DNA of 64,000 nucleotides from Eledone cirrhosa (taxonomy: Eukaryota). Below are positions 51,013 through 63,480 of the stretch, in pieces. The notes under the pieces are model-generated. The model worked only from the letters and a program-made list of their open reading frames with translations. It had not been told where the DNA came from and did not search any database. The stretch spans positions 5,208,001-5,272,000 of the forward strand of contig OZ024753.1 of NCBI GenBank assembly GCA_964016885.1. Direction: 5' to 3'. The position numbers and the translations under genes were made by a program. Within the stretch, counting starts at the first letter, position 1. Every line of letters begins with the position of its first letter.

Positions 51013-51323
51013 TGTGTTCTTTCCTTGAGCAAGACACTTTATTTCACATTGCTCCAGTTTACTCAGCTGTAGAAATGAGATGATATGACTGGGGTCCCTA
51101 TCATTCCACTGCAAAGTGGTCATGGAGGTGCCACGGCAAAAAAAGCACCCAGCCCACACTGTAAAGTGGACATGTAGGCGCCACGACAAAAAAGCACCCA
51201 GCACTCACTGTAAATGAGGTTGGTGTTAGGAAGGGCATCCAGCTGTAGAAATCAACCCAGAATCAGTTCCCGTCCCACCCTTGCAGGCAGGGAAAAGTGG
51301 ACGTAAAATGATGATGATGATGA
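51013..51323 (+). mobile_element. Group-A SINE, 5'-truncated
   Basis: Closely matches 24563-24868. Confidence 0.9.
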
Positions 51324-51389
51324 TATGTATGAATAAATATATATTTTTTTATTTTACCATATTTCTAATGCAAGACACTACCTATGTCT

Positions 51390-51646
51390 TTAACCCTTTC
51401 ATTACCATATTTCTGATGAAAGACACTACCTGTGTGTTTCAATTAATTTTGAAAATAAAGAATGTTTGGAGCAATTTAATAAGATAACTTATATTACACT
51501 AGTATGATGATGTTTGGAACATTACTTTACAAGATTTATCAAAGAAAATTATGATGGAAGGTCTTAATACAAGTAATACATTGTAAAATCGATACTTTTG
51601 TGTTATATAAAGCCGAGCAGTTTCAAGTGGTATGAAAACAGTTAAT
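51390..51646. mobile_element. TTAA MITE family 3
   Basis: ttaaccctttcattaccatatttc...atgaaaacagttaa. Confidence 0.7.
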
Positions 51647-52407
51647 ATCAATTTTGCATCCTGTCTTTTATTTGGTTTTCAAATTCTGGTTAGTTTGTAT
51701 AAATTCATGATTAGTAGTTTAGAAGATCTGATGGATAGTTCAAATTCCTGATAAATCAATATAGAAGTAATAGAAACTAAAAAATAAGTTACAACAAGTA
51801 AAGGTCATGGGAATTTTATTTATTTATTTCTAATCCATTTACATTCAGTGTATTTGTCATTTGCTTTACAGTACAACCTCTGAGTATTACTGCTGTATAT
51901 CTTTTGTAATGGCCTTTAGGAAAAACAGAATTTTTTTCCCAGCTTCTAAATTTGCATCTCTGCTTTATCAGCATAAATTTTTGTCAAAGCAGTGTGAGAA
52001 ATTAATTTAGGGGGAAAAAAGAAAGAAATAAAAAAAACTATACACACATACACAGACACACACACACACAGTCACACACTCACTCACACAAACACACACA
52101 CATATACACACACAGAGTGTGTAATGTTAAAATAGAACAGGAAATAATGTTGGAAAACCCTAGAAAAAAAGGTGTTTGACAGTTATATACATTTACTATC
52201 AGCTCTGGAATGAACTGAATGTGTTAAGATAAGAAGAAACTTAGCACTTTCTATGGCCATAGTATTGTGGGAGATTTTCTTTTATTAGTCACCAAGCTAT
52301 GGAAACCAATTCCTAGCTTGAATTGTCATCATTGTCATAGCATTGGAATAGTAAATGTTGTTCTCAGTTCTTTAGCAATGATTTCTTCTGATAGGATGAT
52401 CCATACT

Positions 52408-53112
52408 GGCTGTTCCTATATATATGGAGAGTAGAGCTGTTCCTATATATGGAGAGTTGTGCTGTTCCTATATATGGATAGTAGGATTGTTCCTATATAT
52501 GGAGAGTAGGGCTGTTCCGATATATGGAGAAAAGGGCTGTTCTTATATATGGAGAGTAAGGCTGTTCCTATATATGGAGAGTAAAGCTGTTTCTATATAT
52601 GGAGAGTAAGGCTGTTTCTATATATGGAGAGTAAGGCTGTTCCTATATATGGAGAGTAAAGCTGTTTCTATATATGGAGAGGAGAGTAAGGCTGTTTCTA
52701 TATATGGAGAGTAAGGCTGTTCCTATATATGGCGAGTAAGGCTGTTCCTATATATGGAGAGTAAAGCTGTTTCTATATATGGAGAGTAAGGCTGTTCCTA
52801 TATATGGAGAGTAAGGCTCTTTCTATATATGGAGAGTAAAGCTGTTTCTATATATGGAGAGTAAGGCTATTCCTATATATGGAGAGTAAGGCTGTGCCTA
52901 TATATGGAGAGTAAGGCTGTTCCTATATATGGAGAATAAGGCTGTTCCAATATATGGAGAGTAAGGCTATTCCTATATATGGAGAGTAAAGCTGTTTCTA
53001 TATATGGAGAGTAAGGCTGTTCCTATATATGGAGAGTAAGGTTGTTCCTATATATGGAGAGAAAGGCTGTTCCTATATATGGAGAGAAAGGCTGTTCCTA
53101 TATATGGAGAGA
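52408..53112. repeat. 25-bp minisatellite, about 28 copies
   Basis: Unit ggctgttcctatatatggagagtaa. Confidence 0.97.
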
Positions 53113-53116
53113 AAAA

Positions 53117-53225
53117 TATTTATTTTGAGAACAATACCTTAATGTGAGTATGAGCAGCCAGTTTGAACAGAAAGAGGTTAGAGAATTCTGGCCAGATATG
53201 GCCGGTTTAAATGCTGAAGGTTTAA
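53117..53225. mobile_element. TTAA MITE family 1, half copy abutting the 25-bp array
   Basis: atttattttgagaacaatacc...aatgctgaaggtttaa. Confidence 0.85.
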
Positions 53226-53339
53226 AACTTGAGAGTCTATTTATTAAATCTTTCAACTCTCAATAATTGTATATTTTTTTAATGCATCATTATCTGGATG
53301 TGTTAATATTGATTTCTAATTTAGACACCAAAATCCCAA

Positions 53340-53580
53340 ATCCAGGTCCTTCTCATTCCTGTTGGAGGAATCACTCCCTGGTTGACCCCCACTTCTTCCT
53401 ATCCCTAGCCATATTGGGCTATGTGGGGCTGAGGTATTGGGTCAGATCATTGTGCTATCTGGCCTTTATCTACCCTGTGTTTTTTCTCTACTGCCTTGGT
53501 GTCCACCTGTTGTCTCTGAAACGGGAGACATGGCCAGCCCATCTATGTTTGTCCTTCTTGATGGTCTCGATTATGTCCAT
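53340..53580 (-). mobile_element. RTE-type LINE 3' fragment
   Basis: DIIETIKKDKHRWAGHVSRFRDNRWT...MARDRKKW. Confidence 0.8.
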
Positions 53581-53791
53581 TAGGCACAAAGCCAACAAAT
53601 TTGGGGTAGGGTAAAGTTGATTAAATCAACTCCAGTATTTGACTGGTACTTTATTTTACCAAAACCTGAAGGATGAAAGGCAAAATTGACCATGGCAAGA
53701 TTTTTAACTCAGATTGTAAAAAGCCAGAACAAATAGCACAATGGTATTTATTTTATGTGATGCTCTACCAATTCTGCCAATCCACCAGCCC
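53581..53791 (-). mobile_element. Group-B SINE (B1), diverged
   Basis: ggatgaaaggcaaa, ctgccaatccacc. Confidence 0.8.
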
Positions 53792-53908
53792 TCACTGGTA
53801 GCATTATTGGGGAATGATTTGATGTTTTAGTCAAATTTTCATTTCTAAAGTTCAACATAGATTAGGAAATCACATCTGTTGTCCATATGAGTTCAGTTTT
53901 TTAACTTG

Positions 53909-54142
53909 TTAACTCTTAATCTTAATTTCCTGTTATGATTTAGCAGAAAATATCTAAAAACAGGTTTGTTAATTCAGACGTTTATAGTATCTTTACAAAT
54001 GGACAGATTGTTGTGAAATTTTCCAGTATTAGATTCGACAAAGACTTGAATTTTTCATGTAATGCGGTCATAGTACTGTTTGGTACTTTTCAAGAATGTC
54101 TTGCTAATGTGGTTTGGTGTGGTACAGGATGTTAAGGGTTAA
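53909..54142 (+). mobile_element. TTAA MITE family 4
   Basis: ttaactcttaa...ggatgttaagggttaa; its end is tandemly duplicated with flank to about 54255. Confidence 0.8.
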
Positions 54143-54331
54143 ACATTTACTGCCATATATTTCTGTTAATGTGGTTTACTGTGGTACAGGATATTATGGA
54201 TTAAACAATCACTACCATGTATTTCTGTTAATCTGGATTACTGTGGCACAGTATTTCCTGATTGCCCTATATTTCTGCTAATTCTAGTACCTAACTGACC
54301 TAATTTCATTTAAAACTTCTATTAGTGTATA

Positions 54332-54646
54332 CAGTGGAACCTTGGTTCGCAAACTTAAATCATTCCTGAAGGTCATTTTTCACCAAAAATGTTCACAAAC
54401 CTAAACTATTTTCTCCATGAGAACTGCTGAAAGAGACATAGAGTGAGAGAAAGACAGTGTGAAAGACAGATAGATGTCTCCATAGTAACTATCTACACAC
54501 TAAGTGATACTTTCCTACCAACAATCCCAGCTTGTCGCCAACTGTTGTTGCCAGCTTGTGTGAACTGAGATGTTTTATGTTCAGAAAAATTGTTCATGAA
54601 TCAATTTGTTCATGATGAGAGGTGTTCGTGAATCGAGGTTCCACTG
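54332..54646. mobile_element. Tigger/pogo-like MITE
   Basis: TA TSD; TIRs cagtggaaccttggttcgcaaac / gttcgtgaatcgaggttccactg. Confidence 0.9.
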
Positions 54647-55139
54647 TATTTCATAATTTATTTCTACTACCCACATTTCTTGAGAATAACAGATTATTGC
54701 TTATTATTGAGTCAGAGGAGGGTGGCAAGTGGGATGGGGTGGATGGAGTTGTGTCCATGACTTTTACAGGTTCTCCCAGACATGTGATATCAATGTGGGT
54801 TTTATATACAACTTGACAATTTGCACATAGGGAAATGTGTGTGTGTGTGTGTGTGGAAGTGGGTGGGGAGATTCCAGTGTATTACATATAGCTTTCAGCT
54901 AGGAAAAGACATGGCGAAATGTTAGTAGAATCAGGTGGGTGAATCATAGTCAAGTGCATTAGAGGCAGGTGTATCAGATGCAGGTACATCAGATACAGGT
55001 ACATCAGATACACCAACAAGATTATTCAATCATACACCTGATTCTCTTACTGAAAAAAGCATAACATAACACAGCACCTATATTTTAGTTATCTAATATA
55101 TATATAAAAACACACATATATTAGCTATTTATATATGGC

Positions 55140-55466
55140 ATGGCATGGTCCAATAACTCTTAAGGGAGTTGTAGGGGTGCCATATTAACATACAATGTTT
55201 CTAGGGCATTTTTTAAGCCTGGTAGATCCTATCCCTCTCCAGGGCTGAGTACAGTATATTTCTTCCAAAGAAAGATAGAAAGTGAGAGAAAGAGATATAG
55301 AGGAAGAATTGACCCCAGTAATAGACTGGTATTTTTTTTTATTGACCCCGAAAGGATGAAAGCAAAGTTGACCATGGCAGGATTTGATCTCAGAAAGCAG
55401 AGAGTCAGAACAAATACCATAAAGCATTCTATCCGACGTTCTAATGACGCTGCCAATTCACCGCCT
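55140..55466 (-). mobile_element. Group-B SINE, tail B2, inside a TA/CA-rich minisatellite (55080-55760)
   Basis: Match to 42513-42824. Confidence 0.9.
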
Positions 55467-56709
55467 ATCTAATATATATATATACACACATATATTTTAG
55501 CTCTCTATCATCATCATCATCATTTAACATCTGCTTTTCTCTGCTTGCAAGGGTATATATACACACATCAATTTTAGTTTTTTAATATATATATAGACAC
55601 ACACACACACACACACACACATGTATTAGCTCTCAATTATATATATATATATACACACACATATATATTAGCTCTCTAATATATATATATATAAACACAC
55701 ACACATATATTTTAGTTATCTAATATATATACACACACACATATATTTTAGCTCTCTAATATCCATACTCAGATATCCCACCCTCCATCATCCCACAGAC
55801 AAATATATTTATGAAAAGGAATTTGTGATATTAATCAAACTTCTCTGTTAGAGTAATTGTTTTAATAGTGCTTTCTTCAAATAACACTTCCTTTGTGTAA
55901 ACACATTTACTTTAAATTGCTTAAATTGTGTGTGTGAGTGTGTTTGTACATACATATGTGTGTGTGTTGTGTGTATGTATGTGTGCTTGTACATATATGT
56001 GTAATATGTGTGTGTGTATATATATATATGTCATTGGTGTGTGTGTTTGTGTGTACACACACATATATATATATATGTGATGGGTGTGTGTGTGTGTATG
56101 TGTACATATATACATATATATATATGTGTGTAGGTGTGTATATACTCTAATTGGTAAATGTTTTTGATGGAATTTAAAACACATTAACATATTATTATTT
56201 ATCGTTGGATTTTGATTCAAACCCAAATTGGATATCACAGTTTTGGGAGGATTGTTTTATTCTGAACCAATGACTTCAATGACTTCATTCTTATAGCCAG
56301 TAGTAAAAACTTACTGATTATCAATATATATCTGTGTGTGACTGTGTCTGTGAGTGAGTGTGTGTGTGTTTTTCTGTTAGTGAGTGTGTGATTGTGGGTG
56401 AGTGACTGTGTGTGTGTGATGTTTCAGTAACATCACTGACCTGCTTCATCATAGTAATTGCAGCCATAAAAAGCCCGTCTCACTCTCCTGAAAGACATGA
56501 ATAGATGCTATATTCCACACATTTCCACCAGCTAATGCTGCATGGGAAATTGAGAATATATATATATATATATATATATATTCCCTTTGATAGTTTGTAA
56601 ATTTTTACATAGATCTATATGATATACATACCAACACACACATATATATCCTAGAAAACAATCATAAAATGATGAATTTTTTAATATATTTATATATATA
56701 TATATATAT

Positions 56710-56952
56710 TGAGGTTGGTGTTAGGAAGGGCATCCAGCTGTAGAAATCAAGCCAGAATCAGTTCCCGTCCCACCCTTGCAAGCAGGGAAAAGCAGACGTA
56801 AAATGAAATGATGATGATGATGATGATATATATATAACGTATATATATATATGTATATATATTATATATATGTATATATATACATATATAGATCATCATC
56901 ATCATCATTATCATCATCGATTAACGTCTATCTTCCATGCTAGCATGGGTTA

Positions 56953-56955
<3 letters not shown>
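56710..56955. mobile_element. Two group-A SINE 3' ends arranged tail-to-tail
   Basis: + copy 56710-56826 ending (GAT)n; - copy 56892-56955 starting (CAT)n. Confidence 0.85.
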
Positions 56956-56998
<43 letters not shown>

Positions 56999-57537
56999 TA
57001 TTTGTATTTAGTTGTAGAAAACAAAACATCACATATGACCTTTACAGTCCCTCCTGGACTAGTGAGGTTGATGTAATTAACGTTTAGTTGAAACTTGTAT
57101 AGGTTGATGACTGTATGAGAGATTTACTGAGCTCTCTAGTCTAGGGAGATAGTTTTGAGAAAATTGTTTAGTGTTGGGTTTGTAGTATGAGGCACAATAA
57201 GGAGGAGCAGAAACTGCTTTAGTCACAGTTGAAATGACAAAAAGAGCAGTATATTGGGACTCAGTAGGTGCTGGCAGTAGTTGAAATGATTTGAGAGGGG
57301 GAGATAAAAGTAGAATAAATTGACCGCAGTACTACTATCGTTGTTTTTAACAACCAGCTATAATAACTGTATATGATCCAGATCTCTCTGTAAGAGAGGA
57401 GATATAGTATTGGGACCCAGTAGGTGTTGTTATTTAGCCCAGATCAGCCAAAACTGAGCAAATTTGTCATCAAAGGTATTCCAGTATGACCGTTTTGAGT
57501 TTTTTAGGAGTATTTATGACTAAATGATTTAATTTGT

Positions 57538-57765
57538 TTAATCCTTTAGCATTTGCATTACTCTATATATACTATTATATTTGTGTGATAAAGGCTTTGC
57601 CTCACATAATTATCTCATATAATATCGAAGCCATGAGATTTTGATATTATTTATTTTGAGAAGTATACCTAACATCAATATGCGTGGCCGGTTACAGCTG
57701 GTTTGAACAGAAAGAGGTGAGAGAATTCTGGCCAGAGATGGCCGGTTTCAATTCTAAAAGAATAA
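57538..57765. mobile_element. TTAA MITE family 1
   Basis: Colinear with 40875-41103; right end decayed. Confidence 0.85.
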
Positions 57766-58167
57766 TCTAGGTTACATAGGATTAGCAACTGATCAGCAAT
57801 GAAGTATTTTCTGGTTTTGAAAAGGAAGTTGGTTCTTTTTGTTGGAGCTTGGCCAATGTTACTGTCCCTGAAGGTGTGTGTGTCACAGCCCTTCCGAATT
57901 ATGAGAGACATTAAAAACATACATAAATGAGCAGGAGCTATGAAAGAAGAAAACAAATGAGTGGATAACCACTCATTTGTTTTCATCTTACATACATAAA
58001 TTATAGAAGGAGGATCTCTTTGAGAAAAGCACCCAAGCATCAGAAGAACTCTATGATAACTTTACCATCTTCATCTTTCAACAATATCTACTCTCGTTAT
58101 TTCTTTCTGTTTCTTCCTCATCTCACTCTCCTCTATCTTTCTATTTCTTCTTATATTTCTCATTCTA

Positions 58168-58203
58168 TCTTCTGATGAAGGACTAGTGTCTGAAACATGA
58201 AGA
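58168..58203 (+). ncRNA. Decayed minimal hammerhead motif (Penelope type)
   Basis: tctt-CTGATGA-aggactagtgtct-GAAAC-atg-aaga; stems I and II present, cleavage triplet mutated. Confidence 0.5.
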
Positions 58204-59131
58204 CACTTTTCCTATAATATCAAGTGTTATACTAATATATATCTTCATTGTACTGTATTGTATATAAACACACACATTTACACACACAGTATTGTATATA
58301 AACACACACCAATTAGTTTTTCAACACACATATGCCACATGCTGTTGTTTCAGATTTTTAAAGGGTTCTGAAACTGAAGGATAAGTTTAGTAAAAGTCAG
58401 TTGTCCAATTAGTAAGTAGAAATTAGTAGTTGACCCGTAAACCCTTTTAAGCATCATATCATTGACCAAACTAACAAAAATAGTGAGAAAGAATAATCAA
58501 AATTTGAAAACTTATATCAGCTCTTACTAAATAAAGAACCAGCTTGCATCTACTTGCCGTCTGATATAATTGCAATTGACTTTTCTATAACTCTGAGCAT
58601 TCATGACTTGAAATGTTCTATTGAATCAACAAATTGAGCCTCAGGCCTCTAATCTTAAGCAATAGTCTTGTTTTTGTTTTTCTTAATTAAATTCAAATAA
58701 TTTGTTTGTTTCTTTTTTGGTTGTTGTTTTTTTTAATTCTTTCCTCCCTGAATTGTTGGTAAGTTGTAACATAATCTGCATTGCTACTGTTAACTGTGCA
58801 ATTGAAAGCTGCTTTGTATGTGGCATAATAGTATTCTTCTACTGGCTTGCATTACTGACTTTACAATCTGGGTACAGACTTATAGAAGGATATTAATTAC
58901 AGTGAAGTTTTTGGATTAATTACTCAAGTTACAGTAGGTTTATGTGGCAATCCAGACTGGAGCTAGGACTAATGATTATCCCCCCCCCCCCCATTTACTT
59001 TTGCTTTACTGGAAACTATATTAATTGATGTTTAAATAAATAGATCCTTTGGTTTCAATACATTTATTATTAAATTCATGAATGAATCTAAGTAATTTTA
59101 AAGTATATTCATTCTCTTCAATGCTCTAACT

Positions 59132-59450
59132 CAGTAGTTCCCAACCTTTTGTGCCCTATGCCCCGCCTCAATATCTCAAACATTTTAATGCCCCACTTTG
59201 ATATAAAAACAGCGATGATCAACTACAAAGTGTAAATATTTTGGTGTATGGCCGTTGCCAGTTGCCCAATAACATGTGTGGTGGAGGTGAGACAGGAGTT
59301 TCCGACCATAATTTGTTCCAAATTTGCCTTGGTGTAAAAGTAATAAGGTAAAACCTGAAGTTTGCTCTCATTAACATCATTTTCAAATTGACCCCTTGAA
59401 TATTCAAATTGCTCCCCTGTGGGGCATGCGCACCATGTTGGGAATCACTG
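59132..59450 (-). mobile_element. hAT (Charlie-like) non-autonomous element, same family as 1521-1847
   Basis: TIRs cagtagttcccaac / gttgggaatcactg; TSD ctctaact / ctctaacc. Confidence 0.9.
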
Positions 59451-59979
59451 CTCTAACCATTATTTTCTGGTCAAAGTAGTTACCTTAAAAACTATTGTAG
59501 CTAGATATAAAATAATGTCAGATTTGTTGTTGTTGTTGCTGCTTAACAGGTGAGCACAGATCAAATGAACAAATGATCAAAAGTATTCCAGTTATAACTT
59601 GTCTTTTTTTGTTTGCAAGATACATAGAACAACATTATCTGTGCCATTTTAAAGACAGCAGAATGTGATTTGAGGGAGATTTGGCTGCTATTTATATGCA
59701 GGTAAAGTACCTATATAGAGCTGGCACAAACAAACTTTTTATAAGCAGTGTGTCACATGGGATATGGCTCATCAAAAGGCAGGCTACACTACTAAAAATT
59801 AAAAGAATTTAATGTGTACCATTCAGAAAACCAAGTTGCCTCTGTCAGATATAGAAGCATCAATATTGACACTTACATTGGTACTTATTGGTGGTAGCAG
59901 TGTTGATGATGAAAACAGAAGTTATAGGAACAATGGTGATGTTCGATCTATGAATAGCAATATCTCAGACTGTTAAATT

Positions 59980-60382
59980 CTTTCTTCTTTCTTCTTTTTT
60001 TCACCCATTTATTCCTGAGAGGGTAGTGGGGACAGTCCTCAAACACTCCCTTCAGCGGATCCTGTCAGAAACAACTATCTCCAACTGATACGGCTGGATC
60101 CCCAAGCATGACCAGCCAAGCTCATGGGTGTTATCCAACTATCTTGTTCGGAGTCTACCCCTGGGTCTCTTATCTGTTGGTTTCACCTGTAAAATCTGTC
60201 CAGCGATTCTTTCCTGAAACGTTCTAACCACATGCCTATAGTATTGGAGCTGTGGTCTCTCAATTCAGAGAAGTAGTGGCTCTACCTTGAGTGACTCTGA
60301 TCTCCAAGCTACACACTTTATTGAGTAACATTGCTCCCAAGACCCTTCAGAGGAACCCCATTTTGGCCACTTGTATTCGTGG
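59980..60382 (-). mobile_element. Rex3/Expander-like RTE LINE 3' end
   Basis: Homologous to 32575-32920 and 18283-18500; joined at gtggcca to a MITE-1 half (60379-60460). Confidence 0.85.
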
Positions 60383-60477
60383 CCAGTTATGGCTGATTTG
60401 AACAGAAAGAAGTGAGAGAATTCTGGCCGGATATGGCCGGTTTAAATGCTAATGGGTTAAATACATGTCTAAATATT

Positions 60478-60619
60478 GATTTCTAATTTTTGCACAAGGT
60501 TAACAAATTTGGGGAGAAGAGCAAAGTTGACCTTAACTCAGAATATAAAGGGCCATAACTGAATGCTGCAAAATATTTTGGCCTAACACTCTACTGATTC
60601 TGCCAACCTATCACTCTTG
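60478..60619 (-). mobile_element. Internally deleted group-B SINE (B1) with 14-bp TSD
   Basis: catgtctaaatatt at 60464-60477 and 60620-60633. Confidence 0.8.
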
Positions 60620-60687
60620 CATGTCTAAATATTATTAAAGTTATGGAGTATAAATGTTATTTTTATATGGATCTGCAACAGGATAAT

Positions 60688-60950
60688 CATCATCCTCATC
60701 AGTCCTTGACTTCTGTAGTCGTCGAGGGGATCCTACTGCAGAAGCAACACACATTCAAAATAGTCTATCAATGACGGCCATCAACAAATCTGTTGTAGTC
60801 ATTTACGTCCATTCCTTGACATTGTCCAACCAGTTTTTGCATTGGTGTCCCCTCCTGCGTCCACCTTCAACAGTACCTTGCATGATGGTCTTGCACAGGC
60901 TGTCATGTTGTGTGACGTGGCCAAACCATGCCAATTTCCTCCTCTTGGCT
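60688..60950 (-). mobile_element. RTE/BovB-type LINE 3' end
   Basis: KRRKLAWFGHVTQHDSLCKTIMQGTVEGGRRRGHQCKNWLDNVKEWT; (GAT)n tail. Confidence 0.9.
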
Positions 60951-61278
60951 TAATAAAATTGGTTGTTGTAGAGTTAAATATAATTTAATACTCTGTAATT
61001 TATATGTTTTCATTTTATTTTCATGGCTTCACTAAAACTCTAAACAAACTTTACTCTCGATTTCTGCTGAAATACATTTGAATATGTCAGTAGAACAGTA
61101 TATATTGGTAACTTCATTTCTAGCGTTTGAGGTTATTTGCTATTTTTCTAGCCTCCTATATTTCTTCAACCTCTTCACTAATGTAATTTATAACCATGAG
61201 AATTGTTGTTGTTTTCTTGTGTTTTGAAATATCTTTCTCAAAATATTGACTTGAAGGAATATTTTGTATACACTAATG

Positions 61279-61578
61279 CAGAGGTTCTAAAAGTGTGTGC
61301 TACCACCCTCCGGGGGGGGGGGGGGGGAGAAGGGTGTGGTGGGAGGAGGTTTGTGTGGTAGAGATGATATAATAGTATATTAAATATCAAATGATACATA
61401 TTATATATAAATATAGTAAAATAAAAAATATATAATATTTATTTATACATAGAATATATTATTTACAATTTGCGTGTAGCAGGTCTCTCTGTAAATAGGA
61501 TTGAGTGAGTGGGGAGGCTGAGGGTATTACGTGCTGCAAGGGCGGGGTGGGGTGACCCAAAAAGTTTGAGAACCTCTG
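61279..61578. mobile_element. hAT-like MITE, second family
   Basis: TIRs cagaggttct / agaacctctg; TSD cactaatg / cactaata. Confidence 0.85.
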
Positions 61579-62819
61579 CACTAATATATAGAAGATTCAA
61601 TACCTGTCAGTGTATCTTGGACTAGCTTTGTATGTGAATTCCATAGTTCACCATCAAATATCTACTTTTTGTTTTTGTTTATAATTAAAATGTTTTTTAG
61701 AAAGTTAAATAATTTCAACTTGAAAACATTCTTTTTTCTTTCTACTGCCAGCTCATGTTTCATATTCTCAGATATTAGCAAAATATCTCAACTTTACATT
61801 TCTTCTTCGTTACGTTTTTTTTTTTTATATATATATTTTCTGAACTCATTTTAATTTTTATTTTATTTAATTTTATTTTATTTTTTTATATTTTTATAAC
61901 ATTTGTTATTTTTCCACATTTTTTTCTTGGTGTGAATCAAATAACAGAAATATATCTATCTGGATACACTGGGGATAATGAAGAAATAGGTGGTGGTGGT
62001 GGTGGTAGTAGTACAGGCGGTGTTAGTGGTGGTGGTGATGGTAGTGGAGGAAAAAATAGTAGTGGGGTCATTTTGGGAGAGCATGGAAACTACAGCTTTC
62101 ATTAGCAGTCAAAATTAACACAAATGTAGAGAAATAGTTACACCATCCAACCATTCCACTTTCCTACCATCCAACCAACACATCATCCAACCATCCCACC
62201 ATCCAACCCTCTAACCATATTACCATCCAACCATCTTACCATTCTGGTTGATACTCTTGGAACTGACACTGAGAGTTAGAGATTAAATAGAAATCATGCC
62301 TGTCTCACCAAAAATTTAATCCTAGAGTCTGTTTACTTGTTTAACCAAAAGTCTGACTATTTCTGCTGCCGTTGCTACTAGTTACTGCTGAATGTTTCTA
62401 CATATTATGGATTAACTTTCAAATGCTTCTAATGTTTTACAAGGGACATCATAAATACCATAACATTCTTTGGGGTACCATATCTTGCACAGCTAACAAG
62501 CTAATCTCACCAAATTATTTCTTTATGTTGTGTGGAAAAACCCTGAATACCCCCACATAACTAAAAGTAGACTAGGCGAAACTCTATAAATAAGAACTAA
62601 AGTGAACTGTCACGGGAACTGTGTGTATGGAGTCTCATTGTAGTCTCTTGTTGGTAGTTCAGAATTATGCCTGGTGAATACCTTGGGTTTTACTCTTGTT
62701 TTGTACAGATATACAAACAGGTGTGTTACACCATCATAGCATTCTATTTTATACATTTTAGCTCTATAAATGTCAACTATGGTTTTACAAATAGTTATTT
62801 CCTAAATATACATAAATGA

Positions 62820-63102
62820 GTGTGTATGTGCATGATATGTAACAAAGTGTGTAGACGTAGATCCGGACTACAAAGACACATGGTGGTGCATAAAGATTGT
62901 GTCCCACAGGGTGCCCCCCCCCCCCACCGGTCCTGTGGAAAGCACAACTCTCTTCTGTCACTGTGTCATAAACCATCCAGATCTACAGCTGGTCTGCAAA
63001 GTCACCTACGAAGTCATGGACATGAATGGGATGACAATGAAAAATCAATGAGACAGCAATCATCTGTGAAGACACTGCAGTCCTTATGTATGTATGTATG
63101 TA
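62820..63102 (+). mobile_element. LINE (RTE-type) 3' end with C2H2-like fingers and (TATG)n tail
   Basis: CMICNKVCRRRSGLQRHMVVH and LCHKPSRSTAGLQSHLRSH; no TGEKP linker; followed by tandem-repeat tail. Confidence 0.65.
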
Positions 63103-63296
63103 GTCATGCATGTGTATATATGTGTGTGTGTGTATGTATGTGTATATATGTGTGTATACATGTATGTATATGTGTGTGTGTGTGTATATATGTGTCTATA
63201 TATACATTTATTTCCTTCCTTGTTAATAACCTGAAAATTTTCCGTTTATTTATATATTTGAATATCCTGTTTGACAGCTATTTGATCAAATGTGTG

Positions 63297-63480
63297 TGTT
63301 GTTGTTGTTGTTGTTGTTGTTGCTGTTGTTACTGTTGCTGCTGTTGCTGTTGTTGTTACTGTTGCTATTGTTGTTGTTACTGTTGCTGCTGTTGTTGTTA
63401 CTGTTGCTGCTGTTGTTGTTACTGTTGCTGCTGTTGTTGGTGGTGGTACTGCTGCTGTTGTTACTGCTGCTTCTGTTGCT
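63297..63480. repeat. (GTT/GCT)n triplet repeat
   Basis: Direct inspection. Confidence 0.95.

Noticed and set aside
51413-51455. Hammerhead motif CTGATGA...GAAA
   Set aside because: GAAA is not adjacent to the stem and the sequence belongs to MITE family 3
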